NCBI GenBank assembly: GCA_045593825.1
Contig: JAZNXI010000177.1
Span: 13,280 to 77,279, forward strand
DNA: 64,000 bases
Source: Lachnospiraceae bacterium
GTDB taxonomy: Bacteria; Bacillota; Clostridia; Lachnospirales; Lachnospiraceae
Direction of reading: 5' to 3'
Under the pieces are notes generated by a model. It searched no databases and was not told the origin of the DNA. It worked only from the letters and a program-made list of their open reading frames with translations. How positions within the stretch are numbered: the first letter of the stretch is position 1; every line of letters begins with the position of its first letter. The position numbers and the translations under genes are program-made. Positions 1 to 9,106 of the stretch are shown piece by piece.

Positions 1-530
1 TTTTCCACCATCATACGGACTGCATTTCTCATAATCTGCCGTCCGTCTACTTCCACATGGGTAAACTTGTCGGAAATCCGGTTATACACCGTAACAATCG
101 GTATTTGAAGACCTAACAGCTGCTTTTCATAACTGTCTCCCATACCAAGCGGAATAATAATCAGACCATCCACTTGCCGGCTTGCCAGATACTCGATGCC
201 TTCCAATTCTTTTTCCCGGCTGCCGTGGGTCAGAATCAAATTTAAGTAATATCCGTTTTCATAGGCCATCCGCTCAATGGATTCTACAAAAGCACTGAAA
301 AACGGATTATCAAGCCCGGCACAGACAACTCCGATGGTTTTTGAACTGCCTCTTGCCAGACAACTGGCCAAATGATTTGGGCGATACCCCATTTCCTTTG
401 CCGCCTGTAAAATCTTCTCTTTTGTTTCCTTTTTTATGCCCTCCCTGCCGTTTAAAGCACGGTCCACGGTGCCCTCGGACACTCCGCACCGTATAGCAAT
501 ATCTTTAATTGTCGCCGAAATAACGCTCAC
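1..530 (-). CDS. LacI family transcriptional regulator (N-terminal part; C-terminus lies beyond window start)
   Basis: Hand translation of the minus strand from GTG at 530 gives VSVISATIKDIAIRCGVSEGTVDRALNGREGIKKETKEKILQAAKEMGYRPN. This is a LacI-type HTH followed by a sugar-binding core (SKTIGVVCAGLDNPFF). The frame stays open to position 1. It is absent from the ORF track because it runs off the window. Confidence 0.85.
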   Translation of the reverse strand, partial: MSVISATIKDIAIRCGVSEGTVDRALNGREGIKKETKEKILQAAKEMGYRPNHLASCLARGSSKTIGVVCAGLDNPFFSAFVESIERMAYENGYYLNLILTHGSREKELEGIEYLASRQVDGLIIIPLGMGDSYEKQLLGLQIPIVTVYNRISDKFTHVEVDGRQIMRNAVRMMVE

Positions 531-540
531 CTTCTTACTT

Positions 541-560
541 TTTCGTGTGCGCACACGAAA
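541..560. promoter_or_regulatory. Perfect 20-bp palindrome, candidate LacI-family operator
   Basis: tttcgtgtgc/gcacacgaaa is an exact inverted repeat between the predicted promoter and the GTG start of the LacI gene. Confidence 0.5.
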
Positions 561-574
561 TTCTTCTTATCTGT

Positions 575-603
575 GTTATAACATCTTATTTTCCTCTTGT
601 CAA
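575..603 (-). promoter_or_regulatory. Sigma-A type promoter for the LacI gene
   Basis: The minus strand reads TTGACA, a 17-nt spacer, then TATAAC. Confidence 0.5.
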
Positions 604-617
604 CTCCTTTCTGAACA

Positions 618-659
618 CAAAAAACAGTAGCTGAATCTTTCATTCAACTACTGCTTTTC
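618..659 (-). terminator. Rho-independent terminator after the PAP2 gene
   Basis: The stem is cagtagctgaat / attcaactactg with one mismatch and a 5-nt loop. An A-run and a T-run flank it, giving a U-tract on the minus strand. Confidence 0.6.
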
Positions 660-664
660 ATTAC

Positions 665-1219
665 TCATTTTTCTTTTTTTATCAGCTTCGGTGCCCACCG
701 GTGTACAATAGAATATGTTAATACCGCCACACCGATACCAAGTACCATTCCGCCTAAAATATCCGTTGGGAAATGTACAAACACATACATTCTGGAAAAT
801 GCAATAAGCGCTGCCACAACCATTGCCGCAATGCCTTCTTTTTTATGGTTTAAGAAGATCGAAAACGACGCTGCAAAGGCATCAAAAGTGTGCCCGGACG
901 GGAAAGAATAGCTGGATGGAGATTTCACCAGAAGTTCCACTGTAGGGTCAATCCAGCAAGGCCGTTCTCTCATAATTAACTCTTTTAGAATCATATTGCC
1001 TAGCAGTTCTTTAAAAACAAGGGCTATTCCGATGCTAATGGCACACTTTCTGTATTTCTTAAAAAACAGCATCAGAACTGCCAGACCAATCCACAGCAAA
1101 CCGCTGTTTCCTAATGACGTGATGAACACCATGATTTTATCCAATATCGGATTATGTAACTTCTGCAAAAAGTATAAAAACGAAAATTCCCAGTCCATAT
1201 GCCACCTCATTTTATTCAA
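665..1219 (-). CDS. PAP2 family lipid phosphatase (undecaprenyl-diphosphate / phosphatidic acid phosphatase type)
   Basis: All three PAP2 motifs are present: KELIMRERP (KxxxxxxRP), PSGH and SRMYVFVHFPTD (SRxxxxxHxxxD). The protein is multi-TM. The start is uncertain: TTG 1219, ATG 1210, or ATG 1198 preceded by GAGGTGG. Confidence 0.85.
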   Translation of the reverse strand: MNKMRWHMDWEFSFLYFLQKLHNPILDKIMVFITSLGNSGLLWIGLAVLMLFFKKYRKCAISIGIALVFKELLGNMILKELIMRERPCWIDPTVELLVKSPSSYSFPSGHTFDAFAASFSIFLNHKKEGIAAMVVAALIAFSRMYVFVHFPTDILGGMVLGIGVAVLTYSIVHRWAPKLIKKEK

Positions 1220-1302
1220 ATTTTATTGTTATGTTAATTATAAAGTGGTAAAATACATTTTACAAGAAGAACTTAAGATAAAACTTCAAAGGAGGAATCC
1301 CC

Positions 1303-2013
1303 GTGAATCCTGTTTTACAAGGCACGTTATATTTACTTTTATATTTTGCCATAGCAGCAAGCACTGCCCTGGTGTGTCACTACCTATTTCCTATCCCAAA
1401 GGAACTGTTCCGCAAAATCCTGCATTTTATCCTGCTTGGGTCATTTTTGGTTTTTATTTTCGCCTACCCAACCTGGCAAAGTGCAGCACTGGCAGCCATT
1501 ATTTTTGAAGTTTTAGTCTATCCGATACTGGCTTTTTTTGAACGTTTTAAAGGCTATTCCGAACTTACCACCGAGCGGAAGCACGGTGAACTAAAGGCCA
1601 GTCTTATGCTGGTATTTACCATGTTTGCCATTGTGGTTGCCATCTGTTGGGGCATCTTCAGCGACAAATACCTGGCACTGGCAAGTCTTTATGCCTGGGG
1701 CATCGGAGACGCCTTTGCCGCACTGATTGGAAAACAATTCGGCAAGCACAAAATCAAAGCCCCAAAACTTGATGGTAAAAAGAGCTACGAAGGCACCGGT
1801 TCCATGTTCACGGTTTCATTCCTTACCGTAACCACCATTCTTTTGTGCCGGGGCGGTCTTGGCGTAGTTCCATGCCTGATTATCGCTCTTGTTGTTGCCC
1901 TCGTTGCCGCTGTAACCGAGCTCTATTCCAAAAACGGCAACGATACCATCATCTGCCCTTTGTCTGCCATGGTTGCATTGATACCGTTAGTTTACCTGTT
2001 TGGAGGACTATAA
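1303..2013 (+). CDS. CTP-dependent polyprenol/diacylglycerol kinase-like membrane protein (CTP_transf_1 / SEC59-DGK1-VTE5 family)
   Basis: Polytopic membrane protein carrying GDAFAALIGKQFGKHKI...KKSYEGTGSMF. It has a GTG start after AAAGGAGGAAT and lies divergent from the PAP2 gene. Confidence 0.6.
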   Translation: MNPVLQGTLYLLLYFAIAASTALVCHYLFPIPKELFRKILHFILLGSFLVFIFAYPTWQSAALAAIIFEVLVYPILAFFERFKGYSELTTERKHGELKASLMLVFTMFAIVVAICWGIFSDKYLALASLYAWGIGDAFAALIGKQFGKHKIKAPKLDGKKSYEGTGSMFTVSFLTVTTILLCRGGLGVVPCLIIALVVALVAAVTELYSKNGNDTIICPLSAMVALIPLVYLFGGL

Positions 2014-2014
2014 A

Positions 2015-2641
2015 ATGAGTAACGAGAATACACAAAAGAAATCCGGCACCAAAACCCTGCTCTGGTCCGTCATTATGAGTGCACCGGGTCCATTAATTAT
2101 CGGACTTGGTCTGTTTGTGGGACGAAGTTCCACCCAGATTGCGGATTTTGTCCGCCGAAGCTCCGAACTTCTTGCCATCATTATGGCCTATGTAGTTTAC
2201 AAAATCACCACCAAGGACGGGGTTTGTGATACCGTCCGAAAAGATAAGCTGGAGCGTTTTTCCAACCTGTTTGTCGGTGCCATGATGTGCCTGGGCGGTT
2301 CCCTTATGCTCCTGTTAGCCTTTGTTTCCGAAAACGAAGATAAGGGCAATGTAATCCCGGGACTTGCCATCGCTTTGCTCGGTGTAATTGCAAACACCAT
2401 CTTCTGGCGCAAGTATACAAAACTGAACAAGCAGGAACCAAATGCCATTTTAGCAGTACAGGCAAGACTTTACCGGGCCAAGAGCTTAGTAGACGGCTGT
2501 GTTACCATTGCACTGCTTTCCGTAGCACTCCTTCCGGAATCTCCTGTTTCCTACTATCTGGATTTCATCGGTTCCGTAATTGTAGCACTGTACCTGATTT
2601 GGTGCGGTATCCAAACTATTGCGGAAAGAATCAAAAAATAA
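2015..2641 (+). CDS. Cation-diffusion-facilitator-like membrane protein (transmembrane domain only)
   Basis: About six TM helices resembling a CDF membrane domain, with no cytoplasmic C-terminal domain. ATG 2015 follows GGAGG and lies 1 nt after the upstream stop. Confidence 0.45.
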   Translation: MSNENTQKKSGTKTLLWSVIMSAPGPLIIGLGLFVGRSSTQIADFVRRSSELLAIIMAYVVYKITTKDGVCDTVRKDKLERFSNLFVGAMMCLGGSLMLLLAFVSENEDKGNVIPGLAIALLGVIANTIFWRKYTKLNKQEPNAILAVQARLYRAKSLVDGCVTIALLSVALLPESPVSYYLDFIGSVIVALYLIWCGIQTIAERIKK

Positions 2642-2645
2642 AATC

Positions 2646-2690
2646 AGCGGGTATCGGAAATAACTTCCTGATACCCGCTTTTCTGTTTTT
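2646..2690 (+). terminator. Rho-independent terminator
   Basis: The stem is agcgggtatc / gatacccgct, followed by ttttctgttttt. Confidence 0.7.
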
Positions 2691-4106
2691 CTATTGCTTA
2701 TTTATTAACTGCTTTGCAACAAACCTGGATACATTAAACTTCCGTATGGAAGCCACATCCTCTGTATCCCACTGATGTTCTGCTTTTTCCATGTCAAAAT
2801 AAGGAACCAGCACAGGTGCCGCATCGGCACTTAAATCCTTAAGATAATATTCATCCACCGGAATCCAACGCCCCTGCTGTGCCACATTGTATTTTGCAAT
2901 CCAGTAATCCGGATGGGCAAAGGAAAGTCCCAAATAACAAACCGTAACAACAACCACACTGTACCGGAACAGGGAAAACTGATTTTTATATAAGGTGTTG
3001 ATAACCCCCATAAATAATACAGCCAGCACCAAAAGTCCCCACAAAACCAGAATCCGTAAAAAAGTCAGGTGATAGGTTTTTATATACAGCACCATGCGCA
3101 TGGCACTGGACGCAATCATGATAAAGGTGCAAAGAGACATTAAGGTCAGCAATACGGTTAACACCTTATTCTTTTTGAAAAACTGTATTCCCGCCAGCAC
3201 TAAAAACAGATTTAATATGCTGACTGCCAACAGCTGGAAAAAACCTTCCCTGGCATACATGGCATAGGTATAACCCTCTGGCAGTGTCATTTTACCCAGG
3301 AATAAACCACCAATCTGCACTACACTGAATACCAAATACAGCGCCGTAAGAATGCCTGCCATCGGAATAGCAAGAATAGATTCTGCCTTTTTCCCTTCGG
3401 ATACTTCCTCGTTGATATCTCCCTTGACCACATAGGAAATAAAACCATATACAGCAAAAAAAGCCAATGCGGTCAGCACCAAAATACCGATGACATTCTT
3501 TAAATTCAGGCTTTCCAATACCCGTTCCGCCATATCGTCAAAGAGAACATCCGCGCTCATCAGCAGGTTCAGTACAACAGCCACCACCGGAACCGATACT
3601 GCTACGCTAATAGCGGCATAAAGTATTGTCTTTCCTTTGCTGCCAAGCTTATTTTTGCAATAATATTTTGCATCCCCAAAGGGACGGACCCATTCTCCCA
3701 AAGACCAGAGAATGCTTTGAATGATAGTAAGTACATACTTACCGAGTCCCCACTGCTTCGTTTCAAATACATTGTACAGCACCAGGGAAATCATCAATAA
3801 AAACACACCTATCTTATTAAAGCAAATGATTCTGGCGTCATCGGTACAAAAGGTGGAAATACCAAGCAACAGGATGCAGACCGCATAAAACAAGGTTCCT
3901 TTTTTTGCAGCAAATCCAAACTGCTTTCCGCAATATTTTACATAATATAAACCAGCTGCCACCATTAAAAAATACGTAATTCCCGCATCATTTTTGTACA
4001 TACAAAAAGCATAAAAGCAGGCAAACAAGAAGGTTGCTACGCCGAACACTTGAAAATTTTCGCGGATTAGTTTACTCTCCTTTGTTGCATTTTCTTCCAT
4101 TATCAT
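2691..4106 (-). CDS. Polytopic membrane protein, DUF4173-like
   Basis: 471 aa with roughly 12 hydrophobic helices. Its ATG overlaps the TGA of the upstream HTH gene (ATGA at 4103-4106). Confidence 0.55.
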   Translation of the reverse strand: MIMEENATKESKLIRENFQVFGVATFLFACFYAFCMYKNDAGITYFLMVAAGLYYVKYCGKQFGFAAKKGTLFYAVCILLLGISTFCTDDARIICFNKIGVFLLMISLVLYNVFETKQWGLGKYVLTIIQSILWSLGEWVRPFGDAKYYCKNKLGSKGKTILYAAISVAVSVPVVAVVLNLLMSADVLFDDMAERVLESLNLKNVIGILVLTALAFFAVYGFISYVVKGDINEEVSEGKKAESILAIPMAGILTALYLVFSVVQIGGLFLGKMTLPEGYTYAMYAREGFFQLLAVSILNLFLVLAGIQFFKKNKVLTVLLTLMSLCTFIMIASSAMRMVLYIKTYHLTFLRILVLWGLLVLAVLFMGVINTLYKNQFSLFRYSVVVVTVCYLGLSFAHPDYWIAKYNVAQQGRWIPVDEYYLKDLSADAAPVLVPYFDMEKAEHQWDTEDVASIRKFNVSRFVAKQLINKQ

Positions 4107-4321
4107 TCAACCTCCTCCGCATCCGGAACATATTCCAGCACATCTCCCGGCTGACACTGCAGTACCTCACAGATTTTACTTAGAGTTTCTAACTTAATTG
4201 CCTTTGCCTTTCCGTTCTTTAGAATGGACATGTTAGCCATGGTAATTCCCACCCGGTTGGAAAGCTCGGTTACACTCATCTTCCGCTTGGCAAGCATTAC
4301 ATCTATGTTAATGATAATCAT
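4103..4321 (-). CDS. XRE/YozG-type helix-turn-helix transcriptional regulator
   Basis: 72 aa. MLAKRKMSVTELSNRVGITMANMSILKNGKAKAIKLETLSKICEVLQCQPGDVLEY matches the COG3655/YozG pattern. Confidence 0.85.
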   Translation of the reverse strand: MIIINIDVMLAKRKMSVTELSNRVGITMANMSILKNGKAKAIKLETLSKICEVLQCQPGDVLEYVPDAEEVE

Positions 4322-4337
4322 ACGCTTTCTCCTCCTC

Positions 4338-4817
4338 TTAGATGGTCAAATCATTTTCTTCCTTCAACTGTGCTGCACGACGGATTAAAGCGGAAAGTGC
4401 CAGACATAATACACCGACTCCGCACACCACACACATAAGAAGGAAATATACGATAAAATAAGCAATTCCCAAAAATCCCTGAAATCCCAGAAAAATCATT
4501 GCTCCGGTCAGTAATACACCTACTCCGAAGGAAAGCAGCCCCATGCGCTTCATGCCATCGGCATTTTCATTGCAGAAACTGTTATCCTCACCGATTCTTA
4601 CACAAATACTCCAGAAATTACCCAGCACCAAATAGCATAACACAGCAATAACACAAATGCCCACCAGGCCCGGCCATTTTAAATACGCCGCCTCCGGATA
4701 CATGATTGCCAATTCATCCACAAAGAGCGGTGCATAAACGAAAAAGAAAAACGCTCCCACTACCGCAACCACTACACAAAATACTTTTAACATCATCGCT
4801 ATACTTTTCTGGCTCAT
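4338..4817 (-). CDS. DUF2975-like membrane protein
   Basis: Four-TM protein immediately upstream of a YozG-type HTH gene, the usual DUF2975 context. I prefer the start at ATG 4817 (MSQKSIAMM), which follows GGAGGT, over the ORF-track start at 4883. Confidence 0.55.
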   Translation of the reverse strand: MSQKSIAMMLKVFCVVVAVVGAFFFFVYAPLFVDELAIMYPEAAYLKWPGLVGICVIAVLCYLVLGNFWSICVRIGEDNSFCNENADGMKRMGLLSFGVGVLLTGAMIFLGFQGFLGIAYFIVYFLLMCVVCGVGVLCLALSALIRRAAQLKEENDLTI

Positions 4818-4911
4818 AAAAAATACCTCCATAACAAATTTTGTTTCTGGAGGTATCATAACATCATATATTTTGTTTGTCAATACATTTTTATCGTTTT
4901 ACGATAAATTA

Positions 4912-5499
4912 TTATCGTAATCTGCTTCCTTCAAAACGGATGCGCTGCTCTAAGGTACGTTCTACAAAATCGTATCTGCGCTCCATGGAATCTTTGTCAT
5001 CAGGAAGCAAATCTAAAGAAAGCTCAATGGTTGTCATCAGGCTTTCGTCCAAATCCATACGAAGTTCCCGCAGTACCTTTAGCTTTGCCTGCGCATCTTC
5101 TGCGTCCAAAAAGCGCAGGATTTCCGGACGTACGGATTCTTCGTCGTCGGTTTCCTCTGCTGCTTCTGTGGATTCTAACTTCTGCTGATCAACTACAGGA
5201 GGGGTTTCCTGTACTTCTTCCATTTCTTTGAATGCAGACACAGCCTTCTCTCCGGCGTCACCCGGCGCACATTTTTCGAACCGGTACTCCTGAGCTGCGT
5301 CCGGATATTTTTCCTTATCCACCGGGCTTAAAAACATGTCCAAAGGTCTGGTGTATAAGCAGAAATCGCCATACAGGGCCTGGTACACCACCATCTGCTC
5401 CATGGTTTCGGAATGCTTTGCCACACCGATAATCTGATATAAATTGCCCTTAAAGTGGCGGTAAAATTCGCCGGCAACGGGAATAGCTCTCTTTTCCAT
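4912..5499 (-). CDS. DUF1653 domain protein with acidic linker and helical C-terminal region
   Basis: The N-terminus YRHFKGNLYQIIGVAKHSETMEQMVVYQALYGDFCLYTRPLDMF matches the DUF1653 signature. A GAGGT RBS precedes the start. Confidence 0.7.
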   Translation of the reverse strand: MEKRAIPVAGEFYRHFKGNLYQIIGVAKHSETMEQMVVYQALYGDFCLYTRPLDMFLSPVDKEKYPDAAQEYRFEKCAPGDAGEKAVSAFKEMEEVQETPPVVDQQKLESTEAAEETDDEESVRPEILRFLDAEDAQAKLKVLRELRMDLDESLMTTIELSLDLLPDDKDSMERRYDFVERTLEQRIRFEGSRLR

Positions 5500-5640
5500 A
5501 ACGATACCTCATTTCTATGTCAATCCTGTTCAAAAAAAACCAAAACGCAACCTTGCAAGCTGCCCGTTCTGATGTTATTATTATGACATAAGAAAACCTT
5601 GTTCGCAACAAAAAAATCACTGTCTGATACGGAGAATTGC

Positions 5641-7095
5641 ATGGGTACATTAACCGTTTTTACCGGCAAAGAAAAACAGAATATACTATTTGAAAGCACC
5701 CCAACCGTACAGCAGGTATTGGAGCAGGGCGGCATTTCCATGGCACATCCATGCGGTGGAACAGGAAAATGCGGAAAATGTACCGTTGAAGTTATCGGAA
5801 ACATCTCTCAGCCGGACATCGCAGAGTTGAACGCCGGTTGCAGATTGTCTTGTCGTACCAGATTGTATGGCGATGCCATTGTAACCCTAAAAGAACAAAC
5901 AAATTCTTCTCTTATTGCAGAAGGCTTTGAAGAAAATATAAAACCAACCGAAAACCCCGATAATAAATTCGGGGCTGCCGTGGACATCGGCACCACCACC
6001 ATTGCGCTGTCTGTTTATGACCTTGTCACAGGCAAATGTCTTGCCTCAAAAACCGCATTAAATCCGCAATCGGTAATATCTGCTGACGTTATGGGCAGAA
6101 TTGATGCCGCAGTAAACGGAAAACTCACCAATATGCAAAATATGCTGATTTCCGGCATCCGCGCACTGGCAGAAGACACCGGCTATTTTGACCGGATTGA
6201 TACCTGGTGCCTCACCGGTAACACCACCATGCTCTACCTGCTCTGCGGCAAAAAAACGCAAAGCTTTGCCACAGCACCATATATGGCAGACCATTTCTTT
6301 GGCGAAGAAATTTCTTTCCTTGGAAAGCCTGCATATCTTCCAAACTGCATGCATGCCTTTGTAGGCGCCGATATTACCTGCGCCCTGCTGGCAAGCGGCA
6401 TGTATAACAGCACCGGAACCTCGCTGCTTTGCGACATCGGTACCAACGGAGAAATTGCCCTTTGGAAGAACGGAACCTTATATGTTACCTCCACCGCTGC
6501 CGGTCCCGTATTTGAAGGCGCAGGCATTTCCTGCGGCTGTCAGAGTGTGGCAGGCGCCATCGAAAAGGTGACTTTACAAAACAGTTCTTTTTCCGTAACC
6601 ACCATTGGCAACACAACTCCCATCGGCTTATGCGGCTCCGGGGTTATCGATACCATTGCGTGCCTGTTAGAAAATGGTACGATAGATGAAACCGGTGCCA
6701 TGGAACCGGAAGAACTTCTTCTTTGTGAAGGAATCTCCATCAACCGGCAGGATATCCGTAACGTCCAGTTGGCCAAAGCTGCCATTGCTGCCGGTATCCG
6801 CACACTTTTAGAGGTAACAAAAACCTCCGAAGAAGAACTATCTGTCTTTTATCTGGCGGGAGGATTCGGAAAACACTTAAATTTGGATTCTGCCCTGCGA
6901 ATCGGCCTGTTTCCTGCGTCCCTCCGTAGCAAAGTAAGAATTCTTGGAAATGCCGCACTAAAGGGCGCCGCTTCCATGCTGACCGATGAAGCCTTAAAAG
7001 AAAGCACACAGACAATTGCCGGGAATGCAGAATACCTTTCTCTTCCCGACAATCCGGCTTTCAGTAAAAATTATATTGAGGAACTATCCTTTTAA
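5641..7095 (+). CDS. 2Fe-2S ferredoxin domain + ASKHA (DUF4445) protein, RACo-like putative corrinoid reductive activase
   Basis: The N-terminal Cys pattern is HPCGGTGKCGKCTVEV...LSCRT, plant-type 2Fe-2S. It is followed by AVDIGTTTIAL and CDIGTNGEI phosphate-binding motifs of the ASKHA fold. ATG 5641 follows GGAG; the ORF-track start at 5599 is TTG. Confidence 0.7.
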   Translation: MGTLTVFTGKEKQNILFESTPTVQQVLEQGGISMAHPCGGTGKCGKCTVEVIGNISQPDIAELNAGCRLSCRTRLYGDAIVTLKEQTNSSLIAEGFEENIKPTENPDNKFGAAVDIGTTTIALSVYDLVTGKCLASKTALNPQSVISADVMGRIDAAVNGKLTNMQNMLISGIRALAEDTGYFDRIDTWCLTGNTTMLYLLCGKKTQSFATAPYMADHFFGEEISFLGKPAYLPNCMHAFVGADITCALLASGMYNSTGTSLLCDIGTNGEIALWKNGTLYVTSTAAGPVFEGAGISCGCQSVAGAIEKVTLQNSSFSVTTIGNTTPIGLCGSGVIDTIACLLENGTIDETGAMEPEELLLCEGISINRQDIRNVQLAKAAIAAGIRTLLEVTKTSEEELSVFYLAGGFGKHLNLDSALRIGLFPASLRSKVRILGNAALKGAASMLTDEALKESTQTIAGNAEYLSLPDNPAFSKNYIEELSF

Positions 7096-7121
7096 ACTTT
7101 ATAAACCAGGAGGAATGAAAC

Positions 7122-8513
7122 ATGATTCAACATCACAGTGACCGGGTTTCCGGTTTAACCGTAGCTTACATCGGCGGAGGCTCCCGCGGCTGGGCCTGGG
7201 GCTTTATGACCGACATTGCCTGCGACGAACAGATTTCCGGTACTGTCCGTCTCTATGACATCGACCGTGAGGCAGCACAGCGTAATAAAATCATCGGAGA
7301 AAAAATCTCTGCCCATCCGGATGCAAAATCCCACTGGGACTTCGAAGTGTCCGACAGCCTGAAAGAAGCTTTAACCGGTGCAGATTTTGTTATTATTTCC
7401 ATTCTGCCTGCCACCTTTAAGGAAATGCGTTCCGACGTACACGTTCCGGAACGCTTAGGCATCTGGCAGCCGGTAGGTGACACCGTAGGACCAGGCGGAT
7501 TTATGCGCGCCATGCGTACTATTCCGATGTTTGTGGAAATCGGTGAAGCCATCCGCGACTATGCTCCAAATGCCTGGGTTATCAACTATACCAACCCAAT
7601 GACCATGTGCATCCGCACCTTATACGAGGTGTTCCCTGATATCAAAGCCTTTGGCTGCTGCCACGAAGTATTCGGCACACAGCATCTGCTTTGCACCATG
7701 CTGAAGGAACTAGGCATCGACGAAAATGTAAAGCGCCAGGATATCTACACCACCGTTGTGGGCATCAATCATTTTACCTGGCTGACCCGTGCCACCTGGA
7801 AGGGCATGGACTTATTCCCACTCTATGCGGAATTTGCTAAAAAATTTGCCGGTGGATACTCCAAGGGCAAGGACGAAAACTGGATGAACAACTCTTTTGA
7901 ATGCGCTCACCGGGTAAAATTTGATTTGTTCAACCGTTACGGCGCCATTGCCGCAGCCGGTGACCGCCACCTGGCAGAATTTATGCCGCCATGGTATACC
8001 AAAACTCCGGAAACCGTGAAAGAATGGCAGTTTGGCTTAACTACCGTGGACTGGCGTGAAAACGACTTAAAAGAACGTTTAAAACGCTCTGACGACCTTA
8101 TTTCCGGTGCAGAACCAATTACATTAAAGGGCTCTGGCGAAGAAGGCTACTTACTCATTAAAGCACTGCTTGGTCTCGGCGATTTGGTCAGCAACGTGAA
8201 TGTTCCAAACCGCGGACAAATCGAAAACCTGCCTCTTGGTGTCGTAGTAGAAACCAATGCCCTGTTTGGCTACGACCGCATCGAGCCGGTACATGCCGGA
8301 AAGATTCCTGAAAATATCCTTCCGTTAATTTCCCGTCACGTACAAAATCAGGAAAACATGCTTCGTACCGCATTAACCTGCGACCGCAAGCTGGGGCTTT
8401 CCACCTTTATGAACGACCCACAGATGGGCGCCATTGCTCCTGCAGACGGAGAAGCACTGTTTAACGATATGTTGGAAAACCAGCGCCAGTGGTTACCGGA
8501 AGGTTGGTTTTAG
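7122..8513 (+). CDS. Glycoside hydrolase family 4 (NAD/Mn-dependent alpha-glycosidase; LplD/alpha-galacturonidase-like)
   Basis: Contains VAYIGGGSRGWAWGF (Rossmann), INYTNPMTM and GCCHEV (the GH4 Cys-His metal site). A strong AGGAGGAA RBS precedes the start. Confidence 0.85.
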   Translation: MIQHHSDRVSGLTVAYIGGGSRGWAWGFMTDIACDEQISGTVRLYDIDREAAQRNKIIGEKISAHPDAKSHWDFEVSDSLKEALTGADFVIISILPATFKEMRSDVHVPERLGIWQPVGDTVGPGGFMRAMRTIPMFVEIGEAIRDYAPNAWVINYTNPMTMCIRTLYEVFPDIKAFGCCHEVFGTQHLLCTMLKELGIDENVKRQDIYTTVVGINHFTWLTRATWKGMDLFPLYAEFAKKFAGGYSKGKDENWMNNSFECAHRVKFDLFNRYGAIAAAGDRHLAEFMPPWYTKTPETVKEWQFGLTTVDWRENDLKERLKRSDDLISGAEPITLKGSGEEGYLLIKALLGLGDLVSNVNVPNRGQIENLPLGVVVETNALFGYDRIEPVHAGKIPENILPLISRHVQNQENMLRTALTCDRKLGLSTFMNDPQMGAIAPADGEALFNDMLENQRQWLPEGWF

Positions 8514-8530
8514 TAAATTACATAAAGACA

Positions 8531-8572
8531 CAAAAACACCACCATGTCAAACACTGACATGGTGGTGTTTCA
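8531..8572. terminator. Bidirectional rho-independent terminator between convergent genes
   Basis: A 14-bp perfect stem, acaccaccatgtca / tgacatggtggtgt, with a 5-nt loop. It is flanked by an A-run and a T-run. Confidence 0.8.
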
Positions 8573-8587
8573 TTGCTTTACACTAAT

Positions 8588-9106
8588 TTATGGTTCCGGA
8601 GTTGGGGTTGGAGTTCCTGCTACGCCAAACACAATTTGACTCATTCTGGTTCCTTCATAATCTTCATCCTCGTAGTAATACCGCACATCTAAATGAGGCT
8701 GTTTCAATTTATTATATGCCACCTCATATTCCATGACAACACCATCGCCTTGATATTTGCCTGTTGCACGACCATAGTTATTCAGTTCCTCTGTTACATC
8801 AATAACCGTATCGCCATCTACAATGCAAATTCTGTCATCCTCTACTACTAATTTAACGTCCTTTGTAAAAAGCTTTTCCACCCAGGTGCTGCCGGTGGTT
8901 GCATAAGCAACACCGTTACTTCCTGCAAATAAAACCACTGCCGCCACCGCAGCAATGGCAATCCACTTTGCCACGGAACCTGCTTTTTTCTTATTCTTTC
9001 CTTCTTCCATATTCATCAGCCTTTCTGCCATACCTTGCGGGGCATGTACCTCACGAAAGGTTTCCTGATAATATTCCCGGTTCTGTTTTTCCTCGTTCAT
9101 TTCCAT
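8588..9106 (-). CDS. Putative anti-sigma factor (single-pass membrane protein)
   Basis: Overlaps the stop of the ECF sigma gene by 10 nt. It has a cytoplasmic N-terminus, one TM (WIAIAAVAAVVLFAG) and an extracytoplasmic domain ending in TPTPTPEP. Confidence 0.55.
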   Translation of the reverse strand: MEMNEEKQNREYYQETFREVHAPQGMAERLMNMEEGKNKKKAGSVAKWIAIAAVAAVVLFAGSNGVAYATTGSTWVEKLFTKDVKLVVEDDRICIVDGDTVIDVTEELNNYGRATGKYQGDGVVMEYEVAYNKLKQPHLDVRYYYEDEDYEGTRMSQIVFGVAGTPTPTPEP

